DNA of 63,799 nt, counting the filler, from Choristocarpus tenellus KU-1152 (taxonomy: Eukaryota; Protista; Phaeophyceae): assembly GCA_964200185.2 (NCBI GenBank). It is 9 parts of 9 records of this genome, joined end to end, with 100 filler letters (N's around TTAATTAATTAA, not from the genome) between each part and the next. Parts side by side here need not be neighbours in the genome. Positions count along the whole stretch, not along the records: positions 8,838 to 13,343 come from CAXNAD020014244.1; positions 13,444 to 22,099 come from CAXNAD020004472.1; positions 22,200 to 31,594 come from CAXNAD020003713.1; 6 more parts are not named here. The stretch is one strand, 5' to 3'. The notes beneath the pieces are model-generated. The model was not told the origin of the DNA and made no database searches. It was given only the letters and a program-made list of their open reading frames with translations. Numbering within the stretch: the stretch's first letter is position 1; the number at the start of each line of letters is the position of its first letter. Below are positions 13,178 to 25,900 of this stretch, one piece after another. The position numbers and the translations under genes were made by a program.

Positions 13178-13343
13178 TATGTGGCTGAGGAGATGAGATC
13201 AGAATCTGTGAGGTCCCTTCTAACCCACAACCAACCCAGTGTCCCCACTTTGGAGTGAATAATGCACGGTCAAGAGAGTTGTTAATGTTAAAGTATCCCC
13301 AAAATCATCAAAGAGGATAAAGGTGATAAACCCGGTGAGATTG

Positions 13344-13443
13344 NNNNNNNNNNNNNNNNNNNNNNNNNNNNNNNNNNNNNNNNNNNNTTAATTAATTAAN
13401 NNNNNNNNNNNNNNNNNNNNNNNNNNNNNNNNNNNNNNNNNNN
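13344..13443. other. Artificial contig linker
   Basis: N44-TTAATTAATTAA-N44. Confidence 0.98.
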
Positions 13444-14800
13444 CCAAGGTAACAAGCCTCTCCACAGAGCATGGACTTCTTTCGTTGAGTATCACATGCA
13501 GGACAACCGTGTATCAGTGACTGGTAGTACCATTGTCCTTGTTAGGGGGGGATGACGAAAGCGCATCACCAGCGGCGGCGAAGGCTAAAGTGATGGGGTG
13601 TGAGTCAGGACGTCCCACCTCCAGTCCGTTTAGCGCCACCACAGAAAGGCCCAGCCAGAATCTACCCTCTCCTAGATCAGAGGGGAGACCTTTGCCCCAA
13701 GCTTTTCCTCTACATTCGATTCTCCAAAATATAGTTGTGTCCTTCCATATTTTCTCATGTTTGCAGTTTATATGCCCCAACAATGTGCTCAAAGACTTTG
13801 GTATGGGTGTTAATGAGAGACCCCCACAAGATGGGTCCACCTTCTCATGTGAGTTAAGCAAGGATTGGCGGTCGATGGAATCCTTTTTAATAGAGGGTGT
13901 AGAGGCAACGAGAAGGTCCGGACTAGCAGTAAACCCAGGATTGAGGAGCCGACAGAGCGGTTTCGGAGGTCTGCTGAGGAGGGACTTGAAGTTGGAAGTG
14001 GAGTCAAGGAAAAAAAGTGGAATCGATGACCACATTATTGGTGCCCTCGAATCCACATTGTATGGTGTGGCTAAAGACATGAGGAGACACGTAGACATAA
14101 TGGTAGAAAAGGTCACTGCCTGGGAAGATAGGCACAATTTTGACGGAGGAACCAAAGTAATGTAGAGGGTAGGGCCGTGTCCATTTGGTGGCCAAAATCC
14201 AATGTTGCAATTTTAATGTAATTTTGGTTATCGTGTTTGTTAGGAAGTGTCAATATCCTTGTTTCGGACACACTTTTTCATAACCTATAATTTATTTTAC
14301 CTACTCCGAAACATTTTGGAGTTATAAAATGCCATAAAAAAACCCATGGGAAGCCAAGCCCCAAATGGACAAACAGGACAAAACTTGTATACCCTCAAGG
14401 ATACTTTCACTCGGAATGCTCAAGACTGCCGAGTAAGCTTGGAGGACCTTCCAGAAGAGTGTTATACTGTTAAGACAGAGTTCTGTCGGAAACGGTATCA
14501 CCAACTGGTGGTGGCAGTGAGGCTGGGCCAGAATATATCGGTGGGGATTACGTTGGGAAGTGGTGGGACAGTGGTTAATGGGGGCTCGGGGGATTTGGAA
14601 CCAGACAGTGGCGAAGGGGGGTTGACTGGGAGGCTTTTGGGACAGGCAGCAGTAGTGGGGGGATAGACTTGGGGATTCAGTTGTGACAACACAGCTGTCA
14701 GTGTAGTGCTCAGTAGTCTTTGACAGCGGTGCTGTGCACGTAGGTGTACCATCACACTGGATGGCACAGGCAAATGTTTGTTTAGATTTGAGTATTTTTT
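13444..14800 (-). mobile_element. Decayed coding repeat with zinc-finger-like motifs (probable retroelement N-terminal region), interrupted by MITE A
   Basis: SSVMVHLRAQH and SLSTLLGHINCKH motifs. Related relics at ~37550-38260 (-). Bases 13444-13500 match the reverse complement of ~34890-34944. Confidence 0.4.
14149..14412 (+). mobile_element. MITE family A
   Basis: Degenerate left TIR, right end TACTTTCACTC. Flanks GGAG/GGAA. Confidence 0.85.
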
Positions 14801-15074
14801 TATTTAATGGAATTTTATTTTTGTGGCAGATCCTCTTATCATGAGCTTCTGGTGCACTATCCAAACAAAGCTGTCAACCCTGACCTTGTATCATGACCTT
14901 GAGCAATATTAAAGTAACCAATGATGATCACAGCACTCTTCAGAAGTTTGGTTAGGGTATAATATTATCCACTGGTCAGAGCGAAGTGAGCTGTTCTTGT
15001 CTATGAGGACAATCTTTACCTAACTACATTGTCAGCAACCAGTGGTAATTAATTCTTCCTTTTGAATGTTGGCT

Positions 15075-15274
15075 GTTAACCAATCTATTTTGTTGTAATT
15101 ATGCCCTCTGACATTTTGCACGTGTGTCAGGGGAAAAACCAATGAAAACTATTCACATGAGTGTAAACCCTATAGAAGTAACAAAATATGTCACAAATAT
15201 GAGAAACACTACTCTATTTGTTATTTCACTACTATGTATGTTGTGTGCCACTGCCTTCCTGTGCCTCCAATCTA
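15075..15274 (-). mobile_element. Hairpin-ended element family E, right arm only
   Basis: ATGCCCTCTGACATTTTGCACGTGTGTCAGGGG...CTGCCTTCCTGTGCCTCCAATCTA, homologous to the right arms at 21547-21705 and ~21850-22012. Confidence 0.75.
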
Positions 15275-17156
15275 CCTATTCCTGCACCCTAGGGTGAAGA
15301 GCTATATATATATATAATTGTACTGAAAAATGACTCTTTGTTGTCCCGTATTACTTATTGCTATCTATTTTTGTATGTACTTCACAAAAGTACAATACCA
15401 ATTGCACCGTTCACGATATACCATTTTTACATTTCCTGGTTCGTGATCATAATTTGTGCATACCAGGATTCGCTGGACATCTTCAACCATATGATACGCA
15501 AGTTTATAAGGAGGGCTGAAAATTGAAAATTGCGCAAAAAATTATCATCAGGCCAATTTGATAGAGTGACAAGTCGTTAGTACCTATAAACAAATCAGGA
15601 CGAGGAACGCAACTAACTCTTGATTTCAGGAGGAGAGGATACTTGGTACAATCCAGAGTTGCGCCAAATCGCTATTTTTCATATAGTTAGTAGTAGTAAT
15701 TGGCGGTTATAATTAGTTGTATTCAGCTTGTTTGTTTCTGACAATATCAAAGAACCGACCAATAGTCACAACAAGGGACTACATTCCTTCTTGGTTTTGT
15801 GGTGATGCCTGAATTTGTTATCCATTTGAAGATGGCGTATCCAATTCCATGTGGGGGATGTGGGTCCACCATCTCTAGTTTGTTTTATCCTTAAGAAAAG
15901 ACAAAGGGGTTAAGGTTTCGATAGTGGTGCCGGGCAACTTCTGACAGAAGTAACAGCGCATTTGCACTACTTCTATGACGTGTCCCTATACATTAAGTTC
16001 TGACATATTTCTATGATGATTAGTACCATCATTAATTCACTAGTTTATAGTTACATTTTTTTCATACATGCTCTGATATAGGGCTAGAAAGTGTGTTGTA
16101 TCCCACACACTCGCTGCAATGTAATATGTCCTGAAAAAAGTGTGTAACGGCTCACTCCAGACTTTGCGACAGAGCAGCCACTACACGAATGTTACACAAC
16201 ACAGAACATATCGCACGAATAAAGTAAACCAAGATCGGTTGCTCCACCAGCCGGAGTGCACAGGTGTGCGCAAACAACCTCACTACGTTTTGGAGAGGAT
16301 AGCAACCGTAAAACATGTAGGATCGAAACTTGTATCACACATTTACTCACGCTTTTTCTCTTTGAACAAAAAGGATTAAAATGTCAGTCCGAATAATTGA
16401 TGGCTATTCACGAGAATAAAACAACATACAGCCTTTTCATTTCTGACATACAATACTCTCAATACTCTCACACTTTGATCTTGGCACAGAAGGCAACAAC
16501 AAAAGTCCATCTAACCACACAACAATTAGGATTCCATTCATTAAAAAACAGGATTGACACACTTTTGTTTAGACAGTAATTGGTTCAACCAGACATATAC
16601 ACAAGGGTTGAAAGAACTTTCCCAACCTTGGTTGCTGTGCTGCACAGCATATTTGTTCAACTCCCCTCTGTGCCATACAAGGAACGAGGGGTAAAGAAAA
16701 AGAGTCTAATCCATTGTCACCCATCAGCATCCTTTACAACCCAACATATATATCGCTGCTGTGTCCAAGGCAAAGCTCCATCTGACTCCAATACAGCCAG
16801 TCCCATCTAGTCCACGATCATCTTTAAAGTTGTAACGATTTCAAAAGTACAACCCACCACCTATCCGAATCGATTGAGACTTTAACCCTCATCTACATTC
16901 CCCCCCATACATTCCCTCAAGGAGGAAGAATGACATACATAACAAAACAACAGTCTCTCCCGAGGTGAGGAACTGTATCAACAATAGGCCCACATTTACG
17001 CTGCAATATATCCTTTCTGACTATCTTTATTTCTCAGAGTGCCAAGTAGCACCCCATACCCCCACGCACTCTCCATGGGGAGATAAACCCAGCCCACGCC
17101 AGTCCAAGAAACCTAACCTTGATCATCATGTAGGTCCTCTCTCTTTCCTACAAGTA

Positions 17157-20100
17157 TCAAGACACAGGAGCACTTATGGCAGCCAAGAATGCTGCCTTGT
17201 ACAGCTCATTCCCGTGATCGTCAAATCCATCAGTTATACTCCCGCCCCTTATTGAGTTCCAGTAACCAACAAAGAAGTCAGTCCAGCTGCGAGGCTCGAT
17301 GTTTCCCCTGGTAGTTAATATTTATAGGGAGTGGCGAGCAGGGGAAGGGAATAGAACAATACACTGATTGGGTTCAAACAGGAGATGGGATATGATGAGA
17401 GGTGGAGAAACGAACGGGGGGGGAGGAGGACGCCATGAAGGTTTGATCCAGTAAGCTATACTTCCTTCTGTTTGTGTACCTGGTGCTCTGTAAGTTGTAT
17501 GCCATACCACATCCATTGGTAGCAGCCTTCCAGCATTTGTTGAGACAATATTTTTGGTGACAAATTGTAACGTGCAAGAGAAAAAAAAAAACTTGTGGCA
17601 AACAAAATGAAATCCAAACAACTCTGAGGTTCATGAATGCATTAATTCTTCCAGCAGAAACAATCACAAGTAGGAATTGAGAGAGATTCTTGTTTTTCCG
17701 TATCTCTTGAAATCTAAACTGTTATCGACTCTGAGTTAAAGTTAACGAGAGGTACCCAGGTTTTGACCGTCTCACATTTTAAGCCATTTTTTTTATCTTT
17801 CGCAATTCACCCACATTTGTATGGACGAAGTGCGAAGTTTTACTTGACAACATTGGTATCTCCATTGTTCGAAAAATTTCCATACAATTCAGAAAATATG
17901 CTATACGCACTTGTAGAAATAGACGAAGTTTGCAAATGTTTGTCAGTATCCATCAAATTCAACTCTTTGTACCTCTTGTTTACTTTGGCTCACTTCAGAT
18001 ATGACCAAGCTGATGAAGGCTTTCCCATGACCATAGGGGGTAGGGGCCTCATAGAGAGGGTCAGCAAGATGAGGTTCTAACCATGGAGAACTTGGTGGAT
18101 TACCATTCCTTTTACTCCCTCCCCACAATTGCCACTCAGGACTATCCAGGACAGGGACACAACTCTATAAGACATGCAAAATTATGGGCCGCCTCACCTC
18201 ACAAAAATATTCTTCGAAGTACAATCCATTTTACCACATATTAAACAAAATCACCTTGGGTCAATGTATATCTCAGTGCCCACATGCTGCAGATTGGGGG
18301 GCACCCGAGTGATGAGGTCGTTGTCGTTCACTGCTCGGAATGTCCTAGCCTGGAGGACCTTGTCATAAATAGTTGCATACTCCCTACCAAACAACCTGAG
18401 AAAGGTAATGATGGTGCACAACAAAAAGGAAGGCACAACAGCAGGAAAACGACACGTTCAGGCTATTGATAACAACAAAAAAGGCAAGACAACCAATTTG
18501 ATGAAAAGTACTCTTTTGCATATTAACCCCAAAGGTATTAATGAGGACTAACGATTATACCTTCAGTTGGAATTTTCTAATGTACACTCCGCGATATTCT
18601 GGATCTTGGATAGACAATTCCTAACACATTGTGTTAGTGTCTTCCTAAACGGTACAGATATGTAGCGTGTGTTATACTTCAAAGTATATCGAACTATATT
18701 ATTGTGTACTCTCACATGTTGCATATTCGTCAGGGATAAACCCAAACCAATATCACAAGGACCCCTGTAAAGCTAACAATTGTCGTAAATGTGAAATACC
18801 TCTCCAGAAACAATTTACTCTTTGAATACTACTTGATCTACAATGCTCCCTCAAAGGTTGGTAGTTACAAAGCAATGTGTGCACTGTTGATATGACTCTA
18901 ACCTAGCTTGGCCCTACAAACATGGGCGAGGAGATAGGGAAGCATCCCAAGAATCTGACAGGCCACTTCTTGCCTATCTGCTGGGTGTCTCTAGCTTGGA
19001 ATGAGGACGCATCTCAAGAGAGACACTTGTTCTATGACTACCCGTATTTGGATGTTACAAACAGAATACGTAACTGAGTGTAACGTTGTACTGCACTGTA
19101 CTTTAGTAGAACAAAATACTTGGTCAATCTACAGAGATGGTAGCACACGTTGGAGAACATTACCCTTCCATTACCGAGGTGTGAAGGTTATTAGCCTCTG
19201 GAATACTATGAAATAAAATATATTATTGTACTCTCTGATATTTGGATGTGTCGGGGGAAAGTCAAACCAATGTCACAAGTACCCCGGTAAAAGTAACAGT
19301 TGTCGTCAAACATCGTGTGCTCAAGTGTTACGTTGCACGGTACAGTAGTAATTTAGCAGTAATTGTAAATGTACGAAACTGTTGCAATATTGGTCAATTT
19401 ATCATCTTGGCAACCACATCCTAACCACCCATCACATTTCCACTTATCAGGCCATATACCTTGGGCTGCCAATGGTGTACACACCCGCTACCGACACATC
19501 AGGGACGTCAAGCTCCAGCTGCGCAGCGGCAATAGATGCCAATGCCCCACCAAGCGAGTGGCCGCTTAGGAAAATTGGACGTTTCGGATTGGCAGCTTGA
19601 AGCAACGTTATAGTCTCAAGAATACCCTTGAACCCTTTTCGATCGTCCCAAACGCTGTTAAGAGCAGTGTAGAACCCCTAAGGACGATGCAATCAACATT
19701 ACAATCATGGGAAACAAGTCGTACCAATAGCAAGGGCTAAACCGGTTGAAGCGCTCATTTCGCTTAGTAGGCATGATATGGGCAAATAGCAAGGACGGAT
19801 AGAATGCATTCTGTGAGTAGCATTGGGCTCATGGTATTGGAAGACATGAGTAAATATGCATTAAGGTAGTAAAATGGACAGCGAGCGTAGAAGGGTAGTG
19901 ATGCCAACAGCTGAACTTGAGGTCTTTCAAAGAATGATGAGGAGCTGCACAAAGATACCTTCTCTATCAATCTTTCTCTCTCGCGATTCACCCCCTCACC
20001 CCCAACACATCAAAACGTGATGTCAATGTTCGACAGTTGAAGCACTCAATATATACATATATCCTCATCTCACCTTGTGGACAACTCCGTACTTTGTTTT

Positions 20101-20747
20101 CTGGTACGAAATATCGAGGTTTATCCACCAGTCTGCACTTTGGTCAGTTCCGCGGAAGACTACTGCCACGTGACTAGCTTGGGCTACCACATATCCCTGG
20201 GTCTTGTTGTCCTAGTGAGGGGATGGGAGTGTCGGAGAGGAAATTCCGCATGAGTAACAACATTGAGAATGAGTCAATTTCATACAAGTCTGGGAAATTT
20301 CCACCTCGCCAACACTTACCCCAGCCGGTACACCAATTCCGTTCTTCGCCTCACCTCAGAGTTGAACAAAAAAAAATCGGTGTAGCCCAGCATGTCGAAG
20401 AGCTCAGATTTCGCGATATCTTCTTTTTCGTACGCCACGATACTAAGGTGTGCAAAGTAATGCGCGTTGGTCGCTGAGAAACCTTCAGCCGAAGGTTCCA
20501 GTTTGTACTGGGTAGCCGGCTTCAACTGCCCCACCTTGTCTCTCATTGTCACGCTGTTGATTATAAAATCGATCTGGAAAAAAGTGCTTCTGTTTGGCCG
20601 AGGAGAGCACAAGGTGTGAGGTCGCCCAACACGTATACGTACATTTTGCAAAAGATTGTCCATAGAAGGATAGATGTTCAGTCCAGTCAACCCAGGCAGC
20701 CCAGGCAGCCGACCCGGGGTGTGCGCAAGATAACTTGGCAATGTCAA
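17157..20747 (-). CDS. Class 3 lipase (alpha/beta hydrolase), at least 5 exons; start codon uncertain
   Basis: Phase-consistent exons: one ending at 20355, then 20211-20074, 19677-19460, 18395-18255, 17307-17157. Motifs VVFRGT..DW..NL, VHKGF, GHSLGGALA (Ser), YTIGSPR, VNDNDLITRVPP (Asp), HVGTE, DGFDDH (His). Candidate ATGs at 20546 and 20663. Confidence 0.9.
17733..17991 (+). mobile_element. MITE family C (~260 bp) in lipase intron
   Basis: TIR GAGTTAAAGTTAACGAGAGGTAC / GTACCTCTTGTTTACTTTGGCTC. Confidence 0.8.
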
Positions 20748-21430
20748 ATAGTGGAAATCAAAAGGAGACCCCCAACACTCACAAGGGGAAGACCACCTCG
20801 CGTGAGACAGCAGGCAACATTACAACAAGAGGCGATTGTACATTATCCCTATGTATCATGTCACCATCATCGCACCTATCACTAGACAGATTTCATGGTA
20901 CTCATCACCAAAATCTTATCAACTAAACCAATCATGCTATCCAAAAACGCTCAACTCTCTCGTGCCCACCAGTTACAAGAGTTGGTCCTGGCAGACACCA
21001 TAGTTCTTCTCTAGTGTTCAACTAAGGGTTTATGTGGACTGTCTATTGTCCTTACAATGAGGAATTGGCTGTTTGCGAGTTCTTCCTCTGTTCAATATAG
21101 TGAAGGGTACTGTTCTTTTATAATTTAAAATGCTATTTCAAAGTACCTCATACCTTCTCATATTCTGTTGGAAGGACCAATGAAATCTATTCTAAAATGT
21201 TCTGTTTTTACAACTTTGGAGTACCAACTTTTTCTACAACAAGATACAGAATGATGGAATATATATTATTTTATATTATTTTGACTTCTTACCTTTTACA
21301 GATGTGGCAGGGGGAGAAACCAATGAAACATACATACTACTGTGTTCGACATTTTACAGATTCGTGTGAAATACTAAAACAATAATTGCATACAAAGTTA
21401 TATAGATTGAAATGCTTTATTTGTCAGTGA

Positions 21431-21503
21431 GCCCGGGTGGTCTAGATGGTATGATTCCTCTTTAGGGTAGAGGAGGTCGCGAGTTCAAGTCTCGCCTCGG
21501 GTC
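21431..21503 (+). tRNA. tRNA-Pro(AGG)
   Basis: Cloverleaf: acceptor GCCCGGG/CTCGGGT, anticodon stem CCTCT/AGAGG with AGG at 21464-21466, T arm GCGAG-TTCAAGT-CTCGC, A and B boxes present. Confidence 0.95.
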
Positions 21504-21505
21504 TA

Positions 21506-21510
21506 TTTTT
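21506..21510 (+). terminator. RNA polymerase III terminator
   Basis: TTTTT two nt after the tRNA discriminator base. Confidence 0.75.
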
Positions 21511-21732
21511 CTCCCTTGCTCTTCCCCGGCGGACGCACGAGTACGTAGATTAGAAGCGCAGAAAGGCAGTAGTGCAATATTGATGGTGAAGTAACATTTT
21601 TGATATTCTTGATATTTTATTTCTTTAGGGCTTATACTAACATATATATAGTTTTTATTTGTTTCCCCTCTGACACACCTACAAAATGTCAGAGGGCATA
21701 ATAACAAGGAATAATATATAGGTAGATTTATA

Positions 21733-22012
21733 TTATTATGCCCTCTGACATTTTGCAGATGTGTCAGGGGAAAACCAATGATATATACATATGTGTATAT
21801 AAAATGTCCTCAACATAAGAATACTGTAAGACAATGCGTGGAAACCACTAGATTGGAGGCGCAGGAAGGCAATGGTATAACGCAGCAAATTGATTCAAGT
21901 TTTTCACAATTTTGACATATTTTATTTCCTTAGGGCTTATACTGACATGTGAATGATTTTCATTGGTTTACCCCCTATACTTACTACAACACATAACAAA
22001 ATAGAATTGTTA
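21733..22012 (+). mobile_element. Hairpin-ended element family E, empty copy
   Basis: ATGCCCTCTGACATTTTGCAGATGTGTCAGGGGAAAACCAATGA ... TCATTGGTTTACCCC inverted arms. Confidence 0.75.
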
Positions 22013-22099
22013 ACACTCATATGTGAGAGCCACATTCCACAGAAGGTATACCCTGAAGGTTACCTATCTTGAATATCATGTAGAATGTATACCCTGAAG

Positions 22100-22199
22100 N
22101 NNNNNNNNNNNNNNNNNNNNNNNNNNNNNNNNNNNNNNNNNNNTTAATTAATTAANNNNNNNNNNNNNNNNNNNNNNNNNNNNNNNNNNNNNNNNNNNN
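22100..22199. other. Artificial contig linker
   Basis: N44-TTAATTAATTAA-N44. Confidence 0.98.
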
Positions 22200-22260
22200 G
22201 GATTATAGATGAAAAAAAACATATTTTTTAATCTACAACAACATCAAACATCCAAAGACT

Positions 22261-22444
22261 GCACCAAAATATCTGGGGGGGGGGGGGAAGGTCTACACCA
22301 GGGTGTCCATTTGGGTCATAACCAAGAAATGTGCACTTACATTATCCATCCGACATAAGCAACCAAATCACCCAAGAATCGTGACATGGAAAAAATTGGG
22401 TCCAAATGGACAGCTGCCACCCCCCCCCCCAGATACTTTGAGCC
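22261..22444 (+). mobile_element. MITE family B (~180 bp, G-tract TIRs)
   Basis: GCACCAAAATATCTGGGG...CCCCAGATACTTTGAGCC. TSD GACT. Confidence 0.9.
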
Positions 22445-22981
22445 GACTGCTGGTGAAGGTTTCCTGCATGTGGGTCATGAAAATGGATTGTCTGTTAGGC
22501 ACAACACTTTTTTAAAGCCTCTAATGATCAAAATTGCCAAAATCAATCTCCCTCTAAGATTCTTTGGGTCATTGTACATATTTTGAGTCGCCTCCCAGCT
22601 GCTTAGCGCATATTATACTGAATTTTAAAAAAAAATGGAAAGGAAATCTAACCCTATGCCTAAGCAATATCAATGAGACAACTGACAACACACAAACTCT
22701 CTCTTTTTCTTTCAGGTTCCATACTCTTACCTTGACTATCTATAGAATAGATCGCCTTTGCAGACAGAACTCCCCATAGCATTGATACTTCTGTAAAGAA
22801 AGGGGTTGGCCAGGAAACCCAACACCGAAACGCTCTTTGAATCAAAATCATATTTCTTCCTCCAAACACACTGTGAGTACCTTGCCCCCTTGATGCTGTT
22901 CCAAAACGTTTACTCATTCTCGTCCAATCTATTCCCCTACCGATAAATCTTTTCCTCCAGTCATTTGAGTTTCAATTGCAG

Positions 22982-25900
22982 CTCTTGGGTACTGATATCT
23001 GGACAGCCCTTCCAGCTGTACCTGCCCGAACCATTTTGGGTGGAAGTACATCCACGTCAACAGCAATTGCCACAGCCACTTCGTTGCTCCCAGACAGTGA
23101 ATACCGTTTCAGGGTTAGAGCAAGTAACTCTAGAGGCCATGGACCATTCAGCTCGTCCTCTGAAGTCTTCCACACTGGTGTGTACTTGTACGGGACAGGC
23201 AGGGGAAGTGAAAGGTCCACAGCGTGTGGTGACTCTTTAAGTGGGTAGGATGGTTGTGTGCTTGATACGTACCTGTGGCCTCATTTTTGGACCTCATCAT
23301 CTCATGCATAGGGATCAACATTGATTAGGTAAAAGCTCATCATCCAGACGGATCTTATCAGCAGATGGTTTTCAAGTTGCAAAAAAGATCCAAGAGGCTT
23401 TGTTCCTAACTAACAGGGTGGCACGATTTTTTTTCCTTACAATACATTAGTGCACCGATCATATTCTCACTAACACTAACACTAACACTTTTTTGTCATT
23501 TTGTGTTGGAATCCTCCTTCCAAACACGACCATACTGAATGCTGCTGTGCACAGCCCAGCACTGAGTAGCTATTGACACGCTTTCCTTCCTAGACTTAAA
23601 CCCACTCTTGCCTCCAACAAGTCCCTAACCCTTGTTGAATGTTTTGATGCGTTAACTCAAAGTAAACCCAAGATTATTAAACTCCAGTCTTATCTCCTGA
23701 AAATGCCATAAATTTTACTTCAAGGCCCTTCGGCACCAGAGAGATCCCTGACACCTCCCAAGGTGGATGTCCACTCCGTGACAGAGCACTCCATGGATAT
23801 ATCATGGGGAGGTTGGGCAGGAGATGGAGCACTTTATGAGGCCCAGTACCAACGCTATGGGGGGAGGGCATGGCGAAATATCAAGACCAAGGGGTGCGAT
23901 ATATTTGGACATGTTCAACCGTTATTATGGATGTTGATGAGCACAGTCTAGCACTTCAATGCTTGGATGGGGTGGGAATTTTGGCCAAGAGTTGGGAGCA
24001 TTGAGAGATATGTCTATGCTTTTTAAGCAAGAAATCCTGGCAAGCGGTGTTCTGATGGGTAAGAACTTGTCTTAGTTGCTGATGTCGTTGCTGAGTTAAT
24101 GTATAAATTGAAGGTTTGGAACTAAGGCTGTTGAGACCCATGTACACTATTGGGAGCAATGTTTTGTCATGAGGCCAAAATTTAGTAGAGATCAAAGGAT
24201 TGGAGGTCATTGGAGTATGCAGCACCTGCCATTGAAAGATCTGGGGTTATACTTGGGATGCATTAGAGTTGTGAAACATGATAAGGATAGGGTAAAAGCT
24301 GCTTGGTAGATGCACAACAACAATCTGAGTAAAAAACCCCGAGACATATCCAGGTTTCAGTTGAATTGCGTTCAAGTCTGTTTTTTATCCTTTTGCAACT
24401 CATCCATATTTCTAAGGATACGGTTCTAAGTTTGACTTGAGATTGTTTGTTTCTCTATTGTTAGAAACGTTTCAAACACAAGTCAGAAAATACCCTACTA
24501 ATAGTGTACAAATTTGTAAAGAACTCCGAATTTTGCACATATTTGTCAACATCCTCGAAATGCAACTCTGGGTACCTCTCGTTTACTTTGACTCTCTAAG
24601 AGGTCAAGATTGGTAGAGGATAGTTAGATCCCGTAGTTACAGAGTGTCTGGAGTGCAATATGACATGGTCACAATTCCTTGCAAAGCACTTGGGTCTGAT
24701 GCCTGTGGGGAAGTTGGGTTGGAAACTTGCATTTTATTATCACAAACCAGTCACTGCACCAACAGCAGTCTACAAACCCTACCACTTTCCACAGAGAATG
24801 AGCGGTTATACCTTGGAGGTTGAAGCTGGAAGCCATGTGTTCAACCCAATCCTGTCGGATCCTCAGAGACACACACATTCGTTAGTGCAATATCACTCAA
24901 GCCCTTAGCCCTTCGTAATTGGAGCATAGCACACCAAATAGTGAAGCATAATACCTGTCTGCTCGATTTCTAGAGCAAGTTTCTTGGTGTTGAAGGTAAC
25001 ATTTGAGTCAACGTATCTTAGAGGGTAGAGCCGAGTTCATTTGGGGGCCAAAATTCAATGTTGCAATTTTGATGTAATTTTGACTATCGTGTTTGTTAGG
25101 AGATGTCAATATCCTTGTTCCGGACACTCCTTTTTCATAAGGTATACATTTTACCTACTCTGAAACATTTGAAGTAGGTAAAATATCATTAAAAACCGGT
25201 GGGAAGCCAGGCCCCAAATGGACAAACAGGGCAAAACTTGTACCCTCCAAGGTACTTTCACTCAATTTGCCAATTCATTCTAATACCAGCATCAACTATC
25301 TATGGTAGCTCTAAGGCGGTACTTCTATCCATGTCATGCTGTTTGGGTTATGAACATTGTGTTAGAAGGATTAGCATCAACACCAGTATAAAAATTGTTG
25401 ATCCAAGAACCAAGATCCTATATACCCGAGATAGCAAAGACATTTTACTATTTCGAATGGATCGACCCTCGTTGACGAATGAGTCTATGCTACTGTGAAA
25501 TAAAATTGTAATTCTGGAGTATGGGGTAATCAAGTTGGGTCAATCACAATTTAATTTTGGCATATACTGCTGGACAAAAACATAGTATTGACTTGATAAC
25601 CAAGGAGTGAAGATTTAGTCTGGGGAATATATGCTTGTCACACTCACAGATCTCAGATCTCGTATTTGGGTCCCTTTCAGGACTCGACCTAAATCCTTGG
25701 CACCTATGAAACACCAATAAAAAAAATATTATACTCATTTTGTCATTTGTTTGCATCATCTCACATAATTAAACCTAGCAGGGGGAAACTCTAAGTATCC
25801 TAAAAATGCGTGAAGTACTTCAACAATTAAACTGCTCTTGAGTGGGTGTACAGTCCTGAAAAGGTTACCAGACCCAAAGTATCTGGCGAGGGGGGGGGTT

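Larger units (their letters stand above)
21276..21705 (+). mobile_element. Hairpin-ended element family E carrying the tRNA-Pro cassette internally
   Basis: Left arm (CAGATGTGGCAGGGGGAGAAACCAATGA) and right arm (TAGATTAGAAGCGCAG...TGTCAGAGGGCATAA) are collinear with the tRNA-less copy at 21733-22012. Confidence 0.65.

Noticed and set aside
14346-14666. Recurring peptide MGSQAPNGQTGQNLY (also at 25199)
   Set aside because: Translation of the MITE A right end, not a gene family
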